From Pseudomonadota bacterium (GTDB lineage Bacteria > Bdellovibrionota_B > Oligoflexia > Oligoflexales > CAIYRB01), in contig JANOTL010000112.1 of the NCBI GenBank assembly GCA_031416315.1, positions 1-21,944 on the forward strand: DNA of 21,944 bases, read 5' to 3'. This document shows positions 18,778 to 21,944 of this stretch, in pieces. How positions within the stretch are numbered: position 1 is the stretch's first letter; the number at the start of each line of letters is the position of its first letter. Below the pieces are notes generated by a model. The model was not told the DNA's origin, ran no database searches, and saw nothing but the letters and a program-made list of their open reading frames with translations. The translations under genes and the position numbers were made by a program.

Positions 18778-20201
18778 GGCGTCGAGAGCGTCAGGGTCGA
18801 CGCGTTGTCGAACGTATATGTCACGTCGACCGTCGGCGCGATTTTTTGACAGGCGTAGTTCGTTGCGTAGGCAACTCCCGTGTAACTCTCGGTGCAACCT
18901 ACGATCGACACGCTGCTCGTGCCCGGAATGGGGCTCAGCGTCAGCACGTTCGCCGCGATCGTGACCTCGGGCTTCAGATAGATGCGCTTCGCCACGAGGT
19001 ACGACTCGACGCCGTACGCGTCCTTGTACTGCGCGAAGATCCGGCGGCTGCCGCTCGACGATGGATTCAAGGACATCGTGACGCCCGTCGCGTACGGGAT
19101 CCACGTGTTGGTGTTCGCGCCCGAGACGTCGCCGGTGATTTTCAGCTGCAGCGGCTCCTGATCGGCGAAGTGGTCGAAGTAGGCGTCGACGAGGATGTTC
19201 TCGGAGTTTGTCCAGTACGGGTGATCCCGGACGTAAATCCCTTCGCCCTCAACGGCGGGGTCGAGCGTGACCAGAACCTCCTCGTTCAAGCAGACGTTCC
19301 CCGCGATGTCCTCGATGGAGACGACGAGGCGCTTCGTGCCCGGCGTCGGCTCGACGAAGACCGAGACGACGTCGCCGGAGGTGAACGCCTTCTGGCTGAC
19401 GACGGCGCCGACGTCGCCGAAGACCGAGTAGCTCAACGGGTAGGGGTCGGTGGCCGTCAGCTTCAGGCTCGCCTGGTTGTCGGCGACAATTGCCGATTGG
19501 ACCTGCACGGCGCATTGGGTCGGGGGCGTCTGCTTCAGCAAGATGTCAGCAGGAATCGCGGGGTCGCTGACGTTGCCAAAGAGGTTGCGGAATTTCGCGT
19601 GCACGTATTTGACACCGTCACCGGCGCTCAGAGTCACCGGAACGGCGAGGCCTGTCGTCGGCAGATCCTCCCAGAAGCCGCCGCCGTCGATCGTGCGCTT
19701 TCCAGCCGTGCTGACGTCGCCTCCGACCCAAATCTCGCTCGTGTTCGAGGAGCGGCTGTCCGAGACCAGGAGATTGTTCGACAGCGAGCGTGTCACCCTC
19801 TTGGTGAACGAGATGATCGGCGGTACGGGTATCTCGGTGCTGTACTCCCAGGTCAGGATCTCGAAGACGTAGGGCGTGCCATTCTTCTGCTCCACCTTGA
19901 AGTCCACCGCGTGTATGCCTTCGGTGACATAGGCGAACTGAATCGACTGCGACTCCAGAGGATGCATCGTCGCCATCGCGACGTTCGCCGTCGCACCCGC
20001 GCTCGCGACGGAGAAGAGGAAGCCGTCACCAGTGCCTTCTGGCACGTCGATGACCAAAGTATTCGAAAGCATGCCGGTGTACTGCCGTGTCATCGCATAC
20101 GTGACGTCGACGAGACTAGACGACGTGCTACTGGGGCTCGGCCCACAGGCTACGAGCGCCAGGATCAATACAACAGTTGATCTGAGTTCATTAGATTTCA
20201 T
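18774..20201 (-). CDS. Lipoprotein with tandem Ig-like beta repeats
   Basis: MKSNELRSTVVLILALVAC lipobox from ATG 20201. Three repeats: GGDV...LSAGDGVKYVHAKFRNLFGNVS, FGDV...PTPGTKRLVVSIEDIAGNV and TGDV...SSSGSRRIFAQYKDAYGVES. Confidence 0.85.
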   Translation of the reverse strand: MKSNELRSTVVLILALVACGPSPSSTSSSLVDVTYAMTRQYTGMLSNTLVIDVPEGTGDGFLFSVASAGATANVAMATMHPLESQSIQFAYVTEGIHAVDFKVEQKNGTPYVFEILTWEYSTEIPVPPIISFTKRVTRSLSNNLLVSDSRSSNTSEIWVGGDVSTAGKRTIDGGGFWEDLPTTGLAVPVTLSAGDGVKYVHAKFRNLFGNVSDPAIPADILLKQTPPTQCAVQVQSAIVADNQASLKLTATDPYPLSYSVFGDVGAVVSQKAFTSGDVVSVFVEPTPGTKRLVVSIEDIAGNVCLNEEVLVTLDPAVEGEGIYVRDHPYWTNSENILVDAYFDHFADQEPLQLKITGDVSGANTNTWIPYATGVTMSLNPSSSGSRRIFAQYKDAYGVESYLVAKRIYLKPEVTIAANVLTLSPIPGTSSVSIVGCTESYTGVAYATNYACQKIAPTVDVTYTFDNASTLTLSTP

Positions 20202-20346
20202 AGTCTTGAATATTATCGGTCGACTCGTTGCCAAATATTATGAATCGTTTCGCCGATATGCAAAATAAATTGAGATTCAGCTGAAGTTATAAGTAGAAAC
20301 GCCGACCTAGGGATTAATGGTTCCACACTTCCTGAAGGGTCCCCCC

Positions 20347-21387
20347 ATGCAGCACAAAATCTTGGCTTTCGCCCTCGGTCTTGCGGTTTCGCAGTCCGCT
20401 TGCCGCAAGAGTCCCAACCAGGACAAGTACGATGACGAAGGCACTAAATCGACGACGGTAGCGAGCGTCGGCGGCGGTGCGGTATCGCAGAGTCGACTCT
20501 TAAAGATCCCGCTCGCGGTCGACTACGCGAGCTTCGGACTCCTCGGCACTGCCGCGACCGCCCACTCGGTCTCCCTTGCGAACTGTCTCTCTGGCTATTC
20601 CGCGACCGTCACCGAGGCGAATCTCGATGGTGTCGAGGTTTATAAAGACGATCGCAACTGCTTGGCGAAGCTCACGGGGTTCACCGCGGGCGGTATCGTA
20701 TACAACGCCACGAACACCGGTGCCGTCAACTTCACGACCTGGCTCGCCAACGACACGGCGCTCTTCGCCAGCGCGGGCGGCGACATCATTCGCGTCAAAG
20801 TCATTTCCCAGCTTGCCTCACCGATCACCGGTACCGAGGCTGTCGTCTACAACTTCTCCGAGCTGCTTGACGGTCGGGGCGACCGAGTCTTCACAGAAGC
20901 GAGCGTTTCCGACGCCCACCTCATCACGGTCGCCAGCCAGGAAGCCCCGCTCTTCAACGTGATCGGCTCGACTTTCATGGGCGCCGACGACACCACGGGC
21001 GCCCCCGAGTTCACCTTCAAGCTCGAGTGTGTCGACAACCCGACCCTCGCCGTGCCGGCCTCGGTCGCGATGTCAGCCGGTAGCGCCGCGAACACGCTCT
21101 GCGGCGGCAACGACCTCAACACCATCGAGTACAAGCTAGTCAAGGACACGTACAGCTCGGTGGTCACGATCACCAACGCCGAGGCGATCTTCGCGACGGC
21201 CGGCACGCCGGTGACGATCCCGACCCACCAGTACGCGGACTCGGCGACGAACGAAGGCTTCAACACCGCGACGCTCGACGGCCCCGGTGGCCTCGGCACC
21301 GCCGGCAACGAGAACATGATCCTGATCGTCAAGGCCGGTCTCTCGTACACCTACTTCAACATCGACGTCACGACGATCTCTCAGTAA
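20347..21387 (+). CDS. Hypothetical beta-rich lipoprotein
   Basis: GAAGGG RBS. Signal MQHKILAFALGLAVSQSAC with a lipobox-like end, T/A/G-rich, four additional Cys. Confidence 0.85.
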   Translation: MQHKILAFALGLAVSQSACRKSPNQDKYDDEGTKSTTVASVGGGAVSQSRLLKIPLAVDYASFGLLGTAATAHSVSLANCLSGYSATVTEANLDGVEVYKDDRNCLAKLTGFTAGGIVYNATNTGAVNFTTWLANDTALFASAGGDIIRVKVISQLASPITGTEAVVYNFSELLDGRGDRVFTEASVSDAHLITVASQEAPLFNVIGSTFMGADDTTGAPEFTFKLECVDNPTLAVPASVAMSAGSAANTLCGGNDLNTIEYKLVKDTYSSVVTITNAEAIFATAGTPVTIPTHQYADSATNEGFNTATLDGPGGLGTAGNENMILIVKAGLSYTYFNIDVTTISQ

Positions 21388-21448
21388 ACGGCTGACCTGA
21401 CGCGCCCGTCTTCCTCGAATTGGAGAAAGGCGCCGAAAAGATACTGCG

Positions 21449-21487
21449 ACTCGCGCCCCTCGGAATCGAGGAGGCGCGAGTTTTTTT
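21449..21487 (+). terminator. Intrinsic (Rho-independent) terminator
   Basis: ACTCGCGCC-CCTCG-GAAT-CGAGG-A-GGCGCGAGT followed by a T7 run (21481-21487). Confidence 0.85.
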
Positions 21488-21746
21488 CGTGGCGCGAGCA
21501 GCGCTAGGGTCGGTCCTGAGCCGCGGCCAGGACGTGACGGCGATGGCCTCAATAGCCGCGCTCGCGCCCGCGCACGTGAAGGTGGACGTTGTCGTCTTCG
21601 TGGTCGTCGCCGCGCTCGGCCACACCCGGCCCCTGCGACCTGGGTTCTTTGGGGCCAGCTTGTGGTCGATCATCGCGTTATGAATGAATCGGTATAGTTC
21701 GACTAGGGTGTGTCCGGTAATGCTGGACGCGCCGATAGGCGCACCG

Positions 21747-21776
21747 TCGACGTTTTCCTCACCTTACGCATATGCT
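21747..21776 (+). promoter_or_regulatory. Promoter candidate upstream of the terminal structured RNA
   Basis: TCGACG (21747-21752)-N18-TATGCT (21771-21776). A second -10-like TATAGT lies at 21693-21698. Confidence 0.4.
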
Positions 21777-21826
21777 TATCGCTTGTGCGTGCGCCTGCGC
21801 CCCCCCCCTGTACCCCTGAACCCGTT

Positions 21827-21944
21827 GTCGAAACCCGGTTGACCTGACGGTTCCGCCGGGCTGAAGTCAGCTCCGGCCCGTCGCTCGGGAGTAACCAAAC
21901 ACCCCCGGCGCTTCGAGCAGCTTGGGGGGGGACCCGTGCCCCGA
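21827..21944 (+). ncRNA. Structured ncRNA, omegaRNA/HEARO-like (5' part, truncated by window edge)
   Basis: Motif order GTCGA..GTTGACC.GAC..CCGTC-N6-GAG-N8-CACC-CCCGG-CGC..CAG-CTTGGGG..GTG. Nested stems with G-U pairs favour the + strand, and there is no ORF. Family assignment is by eye only. Confidence 0.5.

Noticed and set aside
21368..21683. ORFs 21368..21673 (-), 21420..21683 (+) and a 24-aa minus-strand GTG ORF at 21549..21623 (MAERGDDHEDDNVHLHVRGRERGY)
   Set aside because: No clear RBS, and the two longer ORFs cross the terminator. The short one has plausible codon usage but too little support to call.
21800..21931. 6S RNA interpretation (C9/G8 closing a rod with a central bubble)
   Set aside because: A rod can be drawn, but it is only ~130 nt, and the G run pairs equally well locally with CCCCGG. 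The omegaRNA-like motif order explains more. Not fully excluded without an Rfam search.
21810..21944. tmRNA or SRP RNA (minus-strand GGTTTCGAC and GAACCGTCAGGTC fragments)
   Set aside because: No GGGG acceptor stem or tag frame for tmRNA, and no GGAA loop/AGCAG motif for SRP within the window.

Overview
High-GC bacterial chromosomal window with a compact gene layout. The many lipoproteins and beta-barrel proteins suggest a diderm, possibly Bdellovibrionota/Oligoflexia- or Myxococcota-like (inference only). Left to right: glnS (minus strand, runs off the left edge, missing from the ORF track), a short asparaginase-domain gene, a GapN-type aldehyde dehydrogenase, a holin-family (YvlD-like) membrane protein, pirin, a stand-alone RNase HI-like protein, ExoD, a BON-like protein with a sigma54-type promoter, a lipoprotein pullulanase, a secreted coiled-coil protein, a DUF938 methyltransferase, an FG-GAP lipoprotein, hemolysin III, a small hypothetical protein, a CBS protein, an Lgt-like paralogue, and a cluster of three outer-membrane beta-barrel genes with three putative lipoproteins. 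The last ~560 nt appear non-coding and are highly structured on the + strand. The most interesting signal is at 21827-21944: the sequence follows the motif order and pairing of an IS200/IS605 omegaRNA (HEARO-type, IscB/IsrB guide scaffold) and is cut by the window edge. A possible miniature copy of the same core lies at 21381-21487. These RNA calls were made by eye and need a covariance-model search.
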